Source: Sporopachydermia quercuum
Lineage: Eukaryota
Length of the DNA stretch: 64,000 nt
Assembly (NCBI GenBank): GCA_001599295.1
Contig: BCGN01000002.1
Span: 1,116,001-1,180,000, forward strand
Direction: 5' to 3'
Under the pieces are notes generated by a model. That model worked only from the letters and a program-made list of their open reading frames with translations, had not been told where the DNA came from and did no database searches. Made by a program: the position numbers and the translations under genes. Shown one piece after another: positions 22,663 through 35,025 of this stretch; position 1 is the first letter of the stretch, and each line of letters opens with the position of its first letter.

Positions 22663-24804
22663 TTAAAGGTCCAATTTTGGATCTGTTCCCTTCACTCTTC
22701 CAATAACATATTGAGCAGCATACTTTGGAATAACTCTATCTTCATGTAGCATTTCAAACTCTTCAGTAGCATCACGGCCAGCAAAGTTAACAATGGAATT
22801 TTCTCCACCGGGATGATCAGGAAGGAATTTGGTAGCATCAAGAACTAAACCTTTGACAATAACCCAGCAATCACTCCTCATGTTGTGCTTGGCAACGTCT
22901 TCTTCAGTATACTCCGTAGCTGGAATGGTAAACTCCTTCGCTTTTGGCTTTGCAGCTGGGGCTGGGGTTGGAGCTTCACTCACAGTTTCACAAGCAGCAG
23001 TTTCCGATCTTGACAATTGAGCATCGGGGGCAATCTTTCCATTACCCCAATCAACAATAACACGACCAGGTTGAGCAGGATCAAGGTGTAATGAGATTTG
23101 ACCAAGACGAGAACTTGAAACATNTTCTTGATTTGAGAGTTTACTGAATAAATACTGACTGGCAGAATCACCAGCAACCCTGCCATAAACAACACAACCT
23201 AATAATGAGGAGCCACCAAGTCTATTTGCTCCATGAACACCACCGGCTAGTTCACCTGCCGCCCAAAGCCCTTCAAATGGCTTTCCAGTAGCACCATTGA
23301 TAATTTCAGCTTTAGGTGTAATTTCTACACCTCCCATAGTAAAATGAAGAACTGGGGTAATAAGCGAAACATAGAAGTACTCATCATCGACAGACAATGG
23401 AACATTAGGGAAGAATTTCTTTCCAAAAGGATCTTTCGCTTCCCCACTAGCATAACGATTGTATTGTTTGAAAACAGAATCTAACTTGGAAAGGGGAACA
23501 CCAATCTCGTCAGCTAGTTCAGCAGCAGTTATTTTCTTCATCAAACCTCTACCAGCATAATGCTTGGTATGGAAATCAAGAACTGTGGAGGCAGCTTTAT
23601 TGAGAACAAGTCTGATAGGGAATGTCGTTTTGAACATCTCTCCTGATACATAATCACGAGTTCCTAATTCGTCACAGAATCTATCACCCTTTGAATTAAG
23701 CATGATACCACCTTCGCCTCTAAGGGCTTCAGCGGCTAAGAACTTCCATTTACTATCGGGATCTCTTGGATCAACCAAACCTGTTGGATGAACTTGAACT
23801 TTATCAAGATCAATTCCTTGACCACCAGCAGCCATAACCATCTTTTGACCATCGCCAGTTGCATGAGTACCGTTTGTTGAGGCTAAGTCATAAATATCCG
23901 GTCTATATTTCTTGAGTAAAGAGTCTGAAGTGAAATCAGCAGCATAACCTCCGGTGGCTAAAACAATGGGTCCATTAAGCACAATCTCCTCGCCAGAATC
24001 AGAGTTTTTACAATTGACACCAATAACGTGGTTCTCGTCAGAAGGATCCTTAATCAAAGAAACTACTCTGGTTTTCTTCAGAATGGCTACTCTTGTTGGA
24101 TCTGATTCAGCTAATTCTTCAAGCTTCTCCATCAAGGCATATGTAATAGCCATACCAGGGAACTTGGCATCGTGGCCTCTATGAGTTCTTGGTTGGGAAT
24201 GACCACCTAATCTTGAAACTAATGTGAGATCTAACTTAAAAATGTCTTGTAGCCATTCTACTGCCGCTGCAGAGTTATATGTCAAAACTCTGATCAAATC
24301 TGGTCTGGCACCCGCCTTCGCTGATTTAACAGTGTCATCGTAAAACTGTTGAACTGAATCTCTAATCTTCAGATCTTTTAAACATTTTGTTAATTCAAAC
24401 GTCTTACAATAAGGTTCCGAAATATTCAAATTCATACTTACCGACTTGAGTTCTGGTTAAAGCACCATTGATACCAGAAGTAGCTTTGGTTGAGTTACCA
24501 CCAAAGAAACCTGAGAATGTTAATTCAAATTGTTCAAATATGATAAAATATGCTCCAAGCTCAAATTTTCACTAAAAAAGTACCATGTTCCTTCAATTTT
24601 GATATCATTTTAACTTACCTTGCTTATCAACGACAACGACATTTGCACCATTGATGATCAATTGATGGGCAGCTGATAAACCAGCTAGACCTCCACCAAC
24701 TACGATTATCTATTGAAAAATAAATGTTAGTATTAATCTTCCCGTAGACTGAATTTAACAGCTTTGACTCCATTCATACTTACATAATTAGAAGGAAGTG
24801 ACAT
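22663..24804 (-). CDS. Soluble FAD-dependent fumarate reductase (Frd1/Osm1 family) with C-terminal cytochrome b5 domain; exons 24804-24784, 24709-24619, 24510-24442, 24374-22663
   Basis: Spliced N-terminus IIVVGGGLAGLSAA and GGNSTKATSGING; VQVHPTG, AAEALRGEGG, HFTMGG, HGANRLGGSSL; b5 motif FLPDHPGG...FAGRDAT...LH. Confidence 0.9.
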
Positions 24805-26227
24805 TTGTATTGTATTTACCTCTTCACTTTTAGACAAGGACAATCCTCAATATTCTTTATCGCTCTCTTACTATCTATTGCTAGTTTCAAATATTCCAAC
24901 CAGATAGAACAATTATTCTCTGATACAATAAATTACTACTATCCCTATTCTTTACAAATACAAGATGTACAAATTTCCAAATCATGTACTCAAACTTCGA
25001 GCATTAGTCCTTTTTTATAAGCATCATATGGTGATCATGGGTATGTAATCCTTTATATAACAAACCCCACTGGTTAGATAAACGAATTGGATTTTCGTTA
25101 TGAGGTGAGAATGCGAAAGTTACAATGAAATAAAGTTAGAAATGTACCGTACAATAAAAGGTCTTTGCGGATGTCAAGCTGCACTGTGCCATCCAAATGA
25201 GTTAAGTAAAATCATCACATTAAGAAGAAAAGTAATACATCAGGAACTAGTTTAGCTTGCTTACACTTTAAATTATTTCTTCAAATCAAGTACCAGTATT
25301 TCAATCTGAATATTATTACTTTATATCTCATTGGGCCTCTTGGCAGGAATTAGCGACTGATGATGATCCAAATGTTGTTGTTAAAGATCAAATGAAACCC
25401 CCACGAAACCAGAAATAACGTTTGCATGCTATAGATCTCATTACGTATAAAATTATTTCTTGCATGCAACTTGCATATGCGGGGGAAATAATTGACATGG
25501 AAATAGATGAGAGAAAGACTTTCGATGAAATTTTGTTGATATAATAAAAGAATGAACTATGTACTGAAATGTGAAACGAACTCGGGAATAGGTTACGACA
25601 CTGATAGTGTCGACCTGGATTATGAGGTTAAAGTAAGGAAGAGTTTGAGGATGTCATAGGAAAGTGGTTGCTGAAATGAGTAAAATCAGTTGAATGATTG
25701 ATGTGAAGAAGTATACCTTATGGAACTTCCTGTGTTTAGACGTCGATAGCTGGTAACCAAACATTTTCACTTTTTCTCATTGATTCTCATGTATCAAAAG
25801 GCGAAACAACCGTTGTTAATTTGAGTTGCGATAGCGCTTTTGATGATAATTATAAACTATTCAACCCTGGTTCGTCGGACAATCTGACAGTAGAACCTTT
25901 ATCACGTTCAGTTTTTACTAATACTGGCCCATTAATTGCATTTTCAGATCAATTCGAAGAGAGTTCGTTATAACTAACTAAAAAGTCACCCTATTTCATC
26001 AGTATATTGCTCTTTAGCCCAATATTCAGTTGGTGGGTTGACATATAAGATTGCATGTGACTTTCTGCTTACTGTTCGGTTTATAGTTTAAGCTCTGCAT
26101 GCAGTTGTATCATTCTGTACGTAAGTTCTGAACCAGGGTGCTGAAACGTGATGTAAAATAAAAATAAATATATAGAATCGAACTTATTGGAAAAGAAAGA
26201 TAATCTTTCTACGATTGAAGGAGTATA

Positions 26228-26247
26228 GATCGAATATATATTCGATC
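26228..26247. repeat. Perfect 20-bp palindrome GATCGAATATATATTCGATC
   Basis: The sequence equals its own reverse complement. Confidence 0.9.
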
Positions 26248-26620
26248 AAGATATTCAGAAACAAATGAATACTTAATAAACAAAAAGTGGAATACTTTGG
26301 GTTTTCCCCTGTTATTTTGATGATCAGTAGTTTCTCATATGCGTCATTTGACTATTGTTGCCTACTCCTCGGTCAATAATTGGTGATGGCGAATCATATT
26401 TTGGATCACGTGATTAATGTATCGCGCTTAGGCAATGCGCCTCCTAAATAAAGGCATTTGTTTATCTACAAATTTAATTAGTATGAAGACAATATATCGG
26501 TAAGACATATTGACTGATTATAGTCTTTTTGACCTATTGATCTCGAGGTAATAATAAATACATTATTTATTATTTAAGTCTATTATTCATCTGAAATCTT
26601 GATCTTAAACATTCTTAAAC

Positions 26621-29050
26621 ATGATGGACACTACGGTGTCAAGTGATGTTGGTCACCCACCAGGAAATCCTTATAAAAGGATGAAGCCTGTGAGAGCAAG
26701 ACCAGCTGCTATAGATGATAATACTGTGGCAAAGCTTACCAAACCTTTTAAAATTCCTATGCGACAATCACATCAACCTCTCAGAAAAGCAAAGAAACAT
26801 ATAAACTACACTGAAAGTCTGGAGGCTGAAGAATTAAATACCAGGCGACCTCTATCAGATATTCGGCCTCGGATCAATGCTTTAAGTCCTAGACTTTTAA
26901 AACCTGCCGAAAGTAAACCTTTTATTTGCCGACATAAAGCACGCTCTTTAAATCCTCCTCCACCTTTGGGAACGCGTCGAAAGCCTGTTATTATTCCTAG
27001 ACCGCTTCATGATCCCACTGGTGAGTATGCCATTGTATTGTATGATCCAACAGTAGACGATGCAATCTTAGCAGAAGTTGAACAAAAAGATAAGTGTTCA
27101 GAAGCATATTTGAAAGAACAGGAAAAAGCAGAAGAAAAGGCTAAAAAAGATGCAAAAGATCAAAACAATGGAAGTCAAAAGTATCACAAGTCATTAAAAG
27201 AGATTCTAGGAATAGGTGATCCTAAGAAACCAGTAGTTCATCCGAATGTACCAGTGGTGATTGATCCCAAACTCGCAAAAATTCTTCGTCCTCATCAAAT
27301 TCAAGGTGTGAAATTCCTGTATCGTTGTGTTTCCGGACTAGTTGATAAAAGAGCTAATGGTTGTATTATGGCCGACGAAATGGGATTGGGTAAAACTTTA
27401 CAATGCCTTACTTTGATGTGGACTCTTCTAAGGCAATCACCTAACGGAAAACCAACGATCTCTAAATGTATCATTGTTTGTCCTTCTTCGTTGGTACGTA
27501 ATTGGGCAAATGAAATTGTGAAATGGTTAGGCGAAGGTGTTTTAACTCCTTTAGCGATGGATGGGAAAAATAAGGAAATCGGGTTTAGTATAAGGCAATG
27601 GGCACAAGCAGCTGGTAGACAAATTGTTAGACCTGTTCTGATCATAAGTTATGAAACTTTAAGAAGAAATGTCGCAGAGTTGAAAGGAACTGAAATAGGT
27701 TTATTATTATGTGATGAAGGTCATAGACTAAAGAATGGAGAATCACTCACATTTACAGCATTAGATTCTCTAAATGTATCTAGAAGAGTTATTTTATCAG
27801 GTACTCCAATTCAAAATGATCTGAGTGAGTACTTTTCTTTACTCAACTTTGCTAATCCAGGTTTATTGGGTTCCAGAACAGAATTCAGAAAAACATTTGA
27901 ATTAGAAATTTTGAAAGGAAGAGACGCTGATGCCACATCTGAAGAAGTCAAAAAAGGAGAAGATAAATTAGCTGAATTATCAACTATTGTCTCCAGATTT
28001 ATCATCAGAAGAACAAATGATATTTTATCTAAATATTTACCTGTCAAATATGAGCATGTCGTATTTGTCAATTTGTCACCGTTCCAAAAGACGTTATACA
28101 AGCATTTTATCACTTCTCCAGAAATCAAAAAGTTACTGAAAGGTGTTGGATCTCAACCCTTAAAAGCAATTGGTTTATTGAAGAAGCTTTGCAATCACCC
28201 TGATCTACTTACATTACCCGATGATATCGATGGTAGTGAAGATTTAATTCCTGATGATTACGTATCAAGTAATCAAGCGCATGGCCGTTCAAGAGAACTG
28301 CAAACTTGGCAATCAGGTAAATTCTCTATTCTTGCAAGAATGTTGTCATCTATTCGAAATGACACCGATGATAAAATAGTTATTATTTCCAATTATACTC
28401 AAACCCTTGATTTAGTAGAAAGATTATGTCGTATCAACCGATATGGTTGTCTTCGTCTTGATGGTACTATGAATATCAATAAAAGACAGAAATTAGTTGA
28501 TAGATTTAATGATCCAGAAAATCCTGATATTTTCGTGTTTCTACTAAGTTCTAAAGCTGGTGGTTGTGGTTTAAATCTCATTGGTGCTAACAGATTAATT
28601 TTACTTGACCCAGACTGGAATCCAGCAGCAGACCAACAGGCTTTAGCAAGAATTTGGAGAGATGGGCAAAAGAAAGATTGTTTTATTTATCGATTCATTG
28701 CTACTGGAACTATCGAAGAGAAGATCTTTCAAAGGCAAAGTATGAAATTGAGTTTGAGTTCCTGTGTTGTGGATGAAGCACAGGATGTTGAGAGATTATA
28801 TTCTACAGAAAATTTGAGACAACTGTTCCAATTCCATCCTGACACCGTTTGCGATACTCATGACACTTATAAATGTAAGAGATGTCAACAAGGGCAAGGT
28901 AAAGTCAAGTCTGATTTGATGCTTTATGGTGATGCAACCACATGGAATCATTTCACCAATTCATATTTAGAAGTTATAGAGGATATATTACTAAGAAACG
29001 AGCAAGGTTCAGATGATGTGAGCTATGTTTTTGAGTATATTTCTCATTGA
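26621..29050 (+). CDS. RAD54: Swi2/Snf2 DNA translocase Rad54
   Basis: PRPLHDPTGEYAIVLYDPT, LRPHQ, MADEMGLGKT, DEGH, SGTPIQNDL, WNPAADQQALARIWRDGQKK. Confidence 0.95.
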   Translation: MMDTTVSSDVGHPPGNPYKRMKPVRARPAAIDDNTVAKLTKPFKIPMRQSHQPLRKAKKHINYTESLEAEELNTRRPLSDIRPRINALSPRLLKPAESKPFICRHKARSLNPPPPLGTRRKPVIIPRPLHDPTGEYAIVLYDPTVDDAILAEVEQKDKCSEAYLKEQEKAEEKAKKDAKDQNNGSQKYHKSLKEILGIGDPKKPVVHPNVPVVIDPKLAKILRPHQIQGVKFLYRCVSGLVDKRANGCIMADEMGLGKTLQCLTLMWTLLRQSPNGKPTISKCIIVCPSSLVRNWANEIVKWLGEGVLTPLAMDGKNKEIGFSIRQWAQAAGRQIVRPVLIISYETLRRNVAELKGTEIGLLLCDEGHRLKNGESLTFTALDSLNVSRRVILSGTPIQNDLSEYFSLLNFANPGLLGSRTEFRKTFELEILKGRDADATSEEVKKGEDKLAELSTIVSRFIIRRTNDILSKYLPVKYEHVVFVNLSPFQKTLYKHFITSPEIKKLLKGVGSQPLKAIGLLKKLCNHPDLLTLPDDIDGSEDLIPDDYVSSNQAHGRSRELQTWQSGKFSILARMLSSIRNDTDDKIVIISNYTQTLDLVERLCRINRYGCLRLDGTMNINKRQKLVDRFNDPENPDIFVFLLSSKAGGCGLNLIGANRLILLDPDWNPAADQQALARIWRDGQKKDCFIYRFIATGTIEEKIFQRQSMKLSLSSCVVDEAQDVERLYSTENLRQLFQFHPDTVCDTHDTYKCKRCQQGQGKVKSDLMLYGDATTWNHFTNSYLEVIEDILLRNEQGSDDVSYVFEYISH

Positions 29051-29151
29051 TTCATAATAGCCATTAGTCCATATTAAGTGTCATAGTCTCATATATTATT
29101 TAGCATTTATACTTGATAGAATGAATATGTAAAACTTATTTATAATAGCCA

Positions 29152-30945
29152 CTATGTATCGCTTGATCTTGTTGTTCTTGTGTCACTAGTTGGTGCACTT
29201 GCCAGATGTCTCAGTTGTTTCCTCAGTTCCATGCCTCTTGCTTTCATCCTCTGAGTACTGATAGGTGTTTGACCATTACCTTGTCTTTTATCTAATTCCC
29301 AGGGAGTAGCTTCTTGATTTGATTTAATATCTCCTGGCATCGGACTTTCAGGTGTTTTGGGTTCAGTCTTAGTATCTGATGATGATTTATCCTTACTGGA
29401 TATCTGCATGCGGTTCAATTGTGATACTATATCATCTCTTGGGGTACTAGGCGAAGACTTATAGGGATGAGAGTTATTCAGTGTTGATGCACTTTGTCTA
29501 TGTTTTAATTTGGGAGATGAAAATGTACCTGCATTGTTTTTAGGGTTAATTGGTTGGTTTTCGTTTTCGTTTTGAACTTCATCATGTAAGAAAAGCGCTA
29601 ATCTCTCATCGGGCGATTCTAACGAAGATACTTGATCTGATATTTGCAATGCAGTCAATCGAATAACATACTCCAGTAAAGAGAGCGACCTTTCATGTTC
29701 TGAATTCTGCTGTGAAATTAAAGATTCCTTTGCATGAAATTCGGAGTCTGAATCTGAATCTGAACTAGAATCCAAATCAGAATCATTATCATCATCTTGA
29801 ATCATCTCGAAGGCTAACCATTCAACTGCAAGTACTGAATCAATATGAAACTGTAATTGTGAAGTAGTCCCTGGCACTGGGTGTTCCTTATTTCCTTTAG
29901 TTTTCTTCGTGGAATCACCTGTTTTATCAAAAATGCTAGTATTCTCTTTCAGCGATTCAGAATTAGAATCTTCTGGTTTCATAAACTTTTTCACCTTCAG
30001 AATCAAAACTGGAGAAGTTGAATCTTCTATCTTCAATAGCTTTCCCGCAGCACTGAAAAATAACCTTGCAACTAAAGAGATGTCAATTCGTCTTTCTCTT
30101 GGAACTTCCGTATCTTCATGATATCTTCCATCGTCAAAATCTTCTTTGATACGTAATTCATAATCATAAAAGTTATTGATCAAATAGTTTGAATTATTCT
30201 CTGGATCAGCAACAATGTTCTCTTGATTTAATGATTTCCTCCAAACACTAACTCTGCATTTTGGACATTCTTCTCTCCACAAGATTTCTGCTTCGCTATT
30301 TACTGCACCTTGACCAAAATTATGGAAGATAGAGTAAAGAGTCAACAAAAACTCTGGTCCTACTTGAACTGTTTTACTAACGTCCTTTTCAAATTCTGAA
30401 TCGGCGGTTGTAAGTAAATTTGACGCTTGTAATAATCTTCCTGGTGATACAGTTTTTGGTAAGGTAGCATTCAAATTGGCGCCTGACGTTGTTAAGGATA
30501 AAGTGATCAAAGGAATTGCTTCATCAATTCTTTTCAAAAGATCTTTCATATAGATTTCAACGGCTTTTGTTGCTGACTCTCTCAGTTCTCGTTCACTTTT
30601 GAAAAGATTCTTACTGTTCACTAAATAAACCTCTGATATTTCTTGTACTTTGGTTTCGAATTCATCAATATCCTTACGGAGCTGCTTGGTTAATTTAACA
30701 GTGCTTTCTAAGCTTGTATTTCCTCTTGCTGCCACTAAATGAATTAAATCAATTGCTGGTGATACAATTTGAATCTTCGTCTGTAAAGTCATTTTCGTGA
30801 GCTCCAAAGTTCCTTTTTCTTCAGCTGGAATTTTATCCATAAATTTTGAAACTGTTTTAATTGCATATGTTGAAGCAATTGAGATTCCTGACCTAATAGC
30901 AAATGTAACCACTTGGTTACTTGCTTTACTTAAAATCTCATCCAT
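29152..30945 (-). CDS. YRB30: RanGTP-binding protein Yrb30
   Basis: N-terminus MDEILSKASNQVVTFAIRSGISIASTYAIKT, VSPGRLLQAS, EDFDDGRYH, SLSLLEYVIRLTALQ. Convergent with RAD54. Confidence 0.88.
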   Translation of the reverse strand: MDEILSKASNQVVTFAIRSGISIASTYAIKTVSKFMDKIPAEEKGTLELTKMTLQTKIQIVSPAIDLIHLVAARGNTSLESTVKLTKQLRKDIDEFETKVQEISEVYLVNSKNLFKSERELRESATKAVEIYMKDLLKRIDEAIPLITLSLTTSGANLNATLPKTVSPGRLLQASNLLTTADSEFEKDVSKTVQVGPEFLLTLYSIFHNFGQGAVNSEAEILWREECPKCRVSVWRKSLNQENIVADPENNSNYLINNFYDYELRIKEDFDDGRYHEDTEVPRERRIDISLVARLFFSAAGKLLKIEDSTSPVLILKVKKFMKPEDSNSESLKENTSIFDKTGDSTKKTKGNKEHPVPGTTSQLQFHIDSVLAVEWLAFEMIQDDDNDSDLDSSSDSDSDSEFHAKESLISQQNSEHERSLSLLEYVIRLTALQISDQVSSLESPDERLALFLHDEVQNENENQPINPKNNAGTFSSPKLKHRQSASTLNNSHPYKSSPSTPRDDIVSQLNRMQISSKDKSSSDTKTEPKTPESPMPGDIKSNQEATPWELDKRQGNGQTPISTQRMKARGMELRKQLRHLASAPTSDTRTTRSSDT

Positions 30946-32135
30946 TTTCTTGTAGATCAATACAATGCAAAATGTACCTTTACCTATACTTTATCAATCA
31001 ATTATCCGTAAGTTGCATTAATATTTGTTCTCTTCGTAGATACTTTATTGATTTGGTTCTTCTTGTTAGTGCTGATCCTTTTCTGTTATTCTTTTTATTC
31101 TTACTATATGGAGCAAATGTTGGATAGTCTATTGTATTAGAACACCAACAGCCACAACTATATTAACCAACAACAACTTTTCTCCGGTATATCAAAACCA
31201 ATATACATATTCCAACTATTCCTAGGGTTTCACTAATTTCTTATTCAACAGGAACAGAACAATAGTAACAACCATTTAGAAAGTATTGCCATCATTCATC
31301 TTAAATCAAACCTGCTAATGAATAAGATCTGAATTGAGTTAACGTTTGAATGCCATGCATGAACCAGAGAAACTGTATTAACGTAGTGGTTATGACAGTG
31401 TTACAGGTGAAAGTGGAATCAAAAGGAAAAGGACGCTCATTGTTGGACACTTGAATCACTAAATAGATTCGAGAGTGTTTATGAGTTGCAATTCAGTATT
31501 TTATGTACTAAAGATTAAAAAGTAGCTACTTGTTCAGAAAGAAAGGTTCGATGGATTAAGAAGAAATTGCTCGAACATATTCAAGTTTTACGGATACCTT
31601 AACTTGGAAAACTAAAGGTTCGTCATCTCTTGTATTCTTTTCATACCAGGAAATTCCTTAATTTCTTGACAACAGCTTTCGTTGTTCCTTCAGTAGTTTC
31701 AGTATTCTTAAAATATATGAAACTGTCTTAAACAAGTTCTTTCAGCTAAGTCTATCATATTATGTTGGTGTGTGAGTTCTATGTACTTAATTCAGTATTC
31801 TAATTGAAACCTTAATCTCATGCCGCATACTTCATGCATTATATCAAACTTTATTTTAACAATCTCATCGGAAACTCAAGAAACGAATGTCAGGCTGGTA
31901 TGTTGATATAGAGAACTTGATAATAAGAATTAATATAACCTAGCAACATTAATCAGTGATCCATGATAGTAGAATGCTATAAAGAATTTAAGCAGAAAAC
32001 ACTTGATCTGGTATTTGTGNTGGAGAGGAATATGTAAATATTAATTGGTCATGAATTCAGAACTCATTGTGTAAGGAGTTAATTGATATAAAGATAGAAG
32101 GGCAGTAGATTGGTCACTACGTTTTATAATAGGCC

Positions 32136-32540
32136 ATGGATAGGAAATCACCTGAGACTCTGATTCCTCGGGTAGCAAAATCTCTAAAAGAAACAATTCA
32201 AGCAGATACTCGGGTTACAATTGATGAGCTTGATATTTTGGAGCAAATGAACCGGCAAACAACAAAGAAGTACAGCAATATGTACGAAAACAGTTCATCC
32301 TTATTAGAAAATGAAGAAAAGATACGAGGAATGAGTATGCAGTATTTTTTGGAAAGCCTCAGTTTCTCAGATATACTTTACTAACTTTTATTGAATAAAA
32401 TAGACGAGGAAATTAAAGGATATATCAATCAAGTTAATGAGATTGAAAAATTCGTGAATAATTTACAAGGAATTACAGGAGAATTAGAAGAGTGGAGTAA
32501 CGAATTAGAAGCGAAAATAAGACGATATTACAAAAAATGA
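32136..32540 (+). CDS. BLOC-1 subunit 2 (BLOC1S2/BLOS2)-like coiled-coil protein, 111 aa; exons 32136-32334, 32404-32540
   Basis: ILEQMNRQTTKKYSNM...YINQVNEIE...LEEWSNELEAK resembles the BLOC1S2 family. Intron GTATGC..TACTAAC..TAG. Confidence 0.72.
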
Positions 32541-32592
32541 GTTAAGTGGAAATGTATTTATACGCATTAATATGTACAAGAGGTTTATTTTC

Positions 32593-34294
32593 TTACTTGC
32601 CAACACAGAAATTACTGAAAACTACTCCAAGAACTTCTTCTATGTCTATACTCTCTCCGGTTATTTTCCCTATACCTTCCGCAGCTAATCTTAGTTCTTG
32701 AGAAGCAAAAACAACATCTTCTTCACTATATTCACAAAAACTGATAAGTGCCGTTAAGACCTCTTTCTCTAAGATTTCTTTGGCCCTTTGAGTTATTGCA
32801 ATAGGTTCTTCGTCATCTAATCCTGTTAGGTCCTTAAATAGATCAGCCAAACCCGAAGTCAAATCTGTTATTCCTTCTTGCGATTTGCATGAAGTGACAA
32901 AGTACTCAGTTCGCTCAAAATCTATCATGGTTTTCAGCAGTGAAACAGCATTCGCAATAGTAACATTATCTGACAAATCAGATTTATTGATTACTATTAC
33001 TGTTGGCTTGCTCTTGACATGCGCAGGTAAACTATTCAGATACTCCATGAAATGCATGTTACGCAATGTCTCCAAAGTTTTATCCATAGGAATTACTACT
33101 ATATTTATATGACCTTCTTCCACTCTCTTTTTTGCTCGTTTGATTCCCTCAGCTTCAATTTGGTCAGCAGACTCTACTGATCGAATACCAGCAGTATCAC
33201 CAACCACTACTTTATAGCCTCCTATATCCAACGGGACATCAATAATATCTCTGGTTGTTCCCGCNACTTCACTCACTATGGCAATATCCCTTCCTGCTAA
33301 ATTATTCAGTAATGAAGATTTTCCAGCATTTGGTGCCCCAATTACTGTGAGTTTGATTCCAGAGAACAGAAGTTCTGATCTCGACACCTGGTGTAAATGT
33401 TGGTTTATTTCTTTAGTTAATTCTTCAACTTGATTTTTGGTTGTTCTAAATAATTTGTCAGCTGATTCNAAATCAGAATCGTCAGAGAAATCTATTAACG
33501 CTGTTAACAACCCCATGTTTTCTAGGATGTTTTTCCTCCATTTGTTATAGAGTCCCCTGGTATAACCATTAGCACTCAAAACTGAAGCTCGTCTTTGTGA
33601 CTCTGTTTCAGCGTCTATGATATCTCGTATACCTTCAATTTGAGTCAATTCCAACCTATCGTTATAGAATGCTCTTCTAGAAAACTCTCCTGGCCCAGCA
33701 CTTCTTATCTGTCGTTCTGGAGTTTCCAACCTTTGTATGGCCTTCAAAATGACTCTAATAACTGCGGGCCCTCCATGTATATGAAATTCTAAAACATCTT
33801 CGCCAGTATACGAATTCGGTCCTTGAAAAAACAAAACTAATGCTTGATCAAGTATACTTCCATCTAAAGGCGAATATAAGGTAGTCACTGAAGCTTTTCG
33901 ATGTGATGGTAAACTTTTTCTTCTACTTAAACTTTTAAAGATCTAATCTAGTTAGAATAGGAATTAAATGTATTTTAGAAAATACCAAGGAAAGTTCATA
34001 TACTGCTCATGATCAAACGTTCTTTCAACTTACATATTCACAATCAGGTCCTGAAACTCTTACTACTGCTATGGCTGATCTACCAGCGACGGTAGATAGC
34101 GCGTAAACAGTAGGTCCTTCGAATTGCTTACTTCTTGTATCAGCTACAGTTGCGAGGTTTCTACACACAAAAAATGAAAAGCGACTCGTTAAATCATTGA
34201 ATTTTCTGTAATATATCACGTTCCTTAGAAAATCATTTGACAAGAGGAACCTGTTAGAGATTCGGTTTCTCTTACAGAAAAGAAGTAAACTCAT
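32593..34294 (-). CDS. MSS1: Mitochondrial tRNA modification GTPase (MnmE/TrmE); exons 34294-34034, 33942-32593
   Basis: TVYALST..GRSAIAVVRVSG, GPNSYTGEDVLEFHIHGG, GAPNAGKSS, GTTRD, DTAG, NKSD, C-terminal FCVGK. Confidence 0.94.
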
Positions 34295-35025
34295 CACGAG
34301 TTTATTGATTGTACACAGTCAAAGTAATCGTTAGTAGCGAGGATGTAACTTTCTCAGCAAAACAAAAAGATTCAATCAAATAAATTATCAAACAAGTTCA
34401 AAGGAGAAGGATGAATAGAGAATTGATAAAACAAAAGCTCAGATCAAGGTTAAAAATATCATGTACAATAGTGATGCAAAATCATGTAACAATATGCAAT
34501 TCTAGAACTCTTGAATACTCTCCGAAGCAAGATTGTTATGTATGTTGGTGAACATTACTCAAACATTAGTATATAACAAACTATGGATAATGGGACGATA
34601 TTTTTCATATCGTTCAATAAATATAGATTAACTTCCAAGTATCATTTACTACAGTTTTACAGCTACTATTCACCATCATTAAGAAGTATATCACTTGGGT
34701 GTTAAGTCTAAAGTTAGTCTTAGCTCTACACTTTTATTATAGGTGAAGGAAAGAAGCGTCTCTGTTCATATAGATCTGAACGATTATATCAACAAAATAA
34801 AGTATATGATAAACATGTATATGAACTTTAAGATATGGTTTGAAGATGTGCATGATTATGCAGCTCGTGATTCTTAAAATACTTAAATGATAGATCTTCC
34901 TGTATAGTAAATAATCGTGCTCTTACTGTTCTCTACTTCACTTCATGACTTCGAAGAATGTAATGAAGCTATTGAACTGCTATACATTATTTGCTAAGCT
35001 TGAATACTATTTTCAAACTTTTGCC

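Noticed and set aside
24375..24435. ORF-track N-terminus MNLNISEPYCK of the fumarate reductase
   Set aside because: This is intron 3 sequence; the real FAD-binding N-terminus is encoded by three upstream exons.
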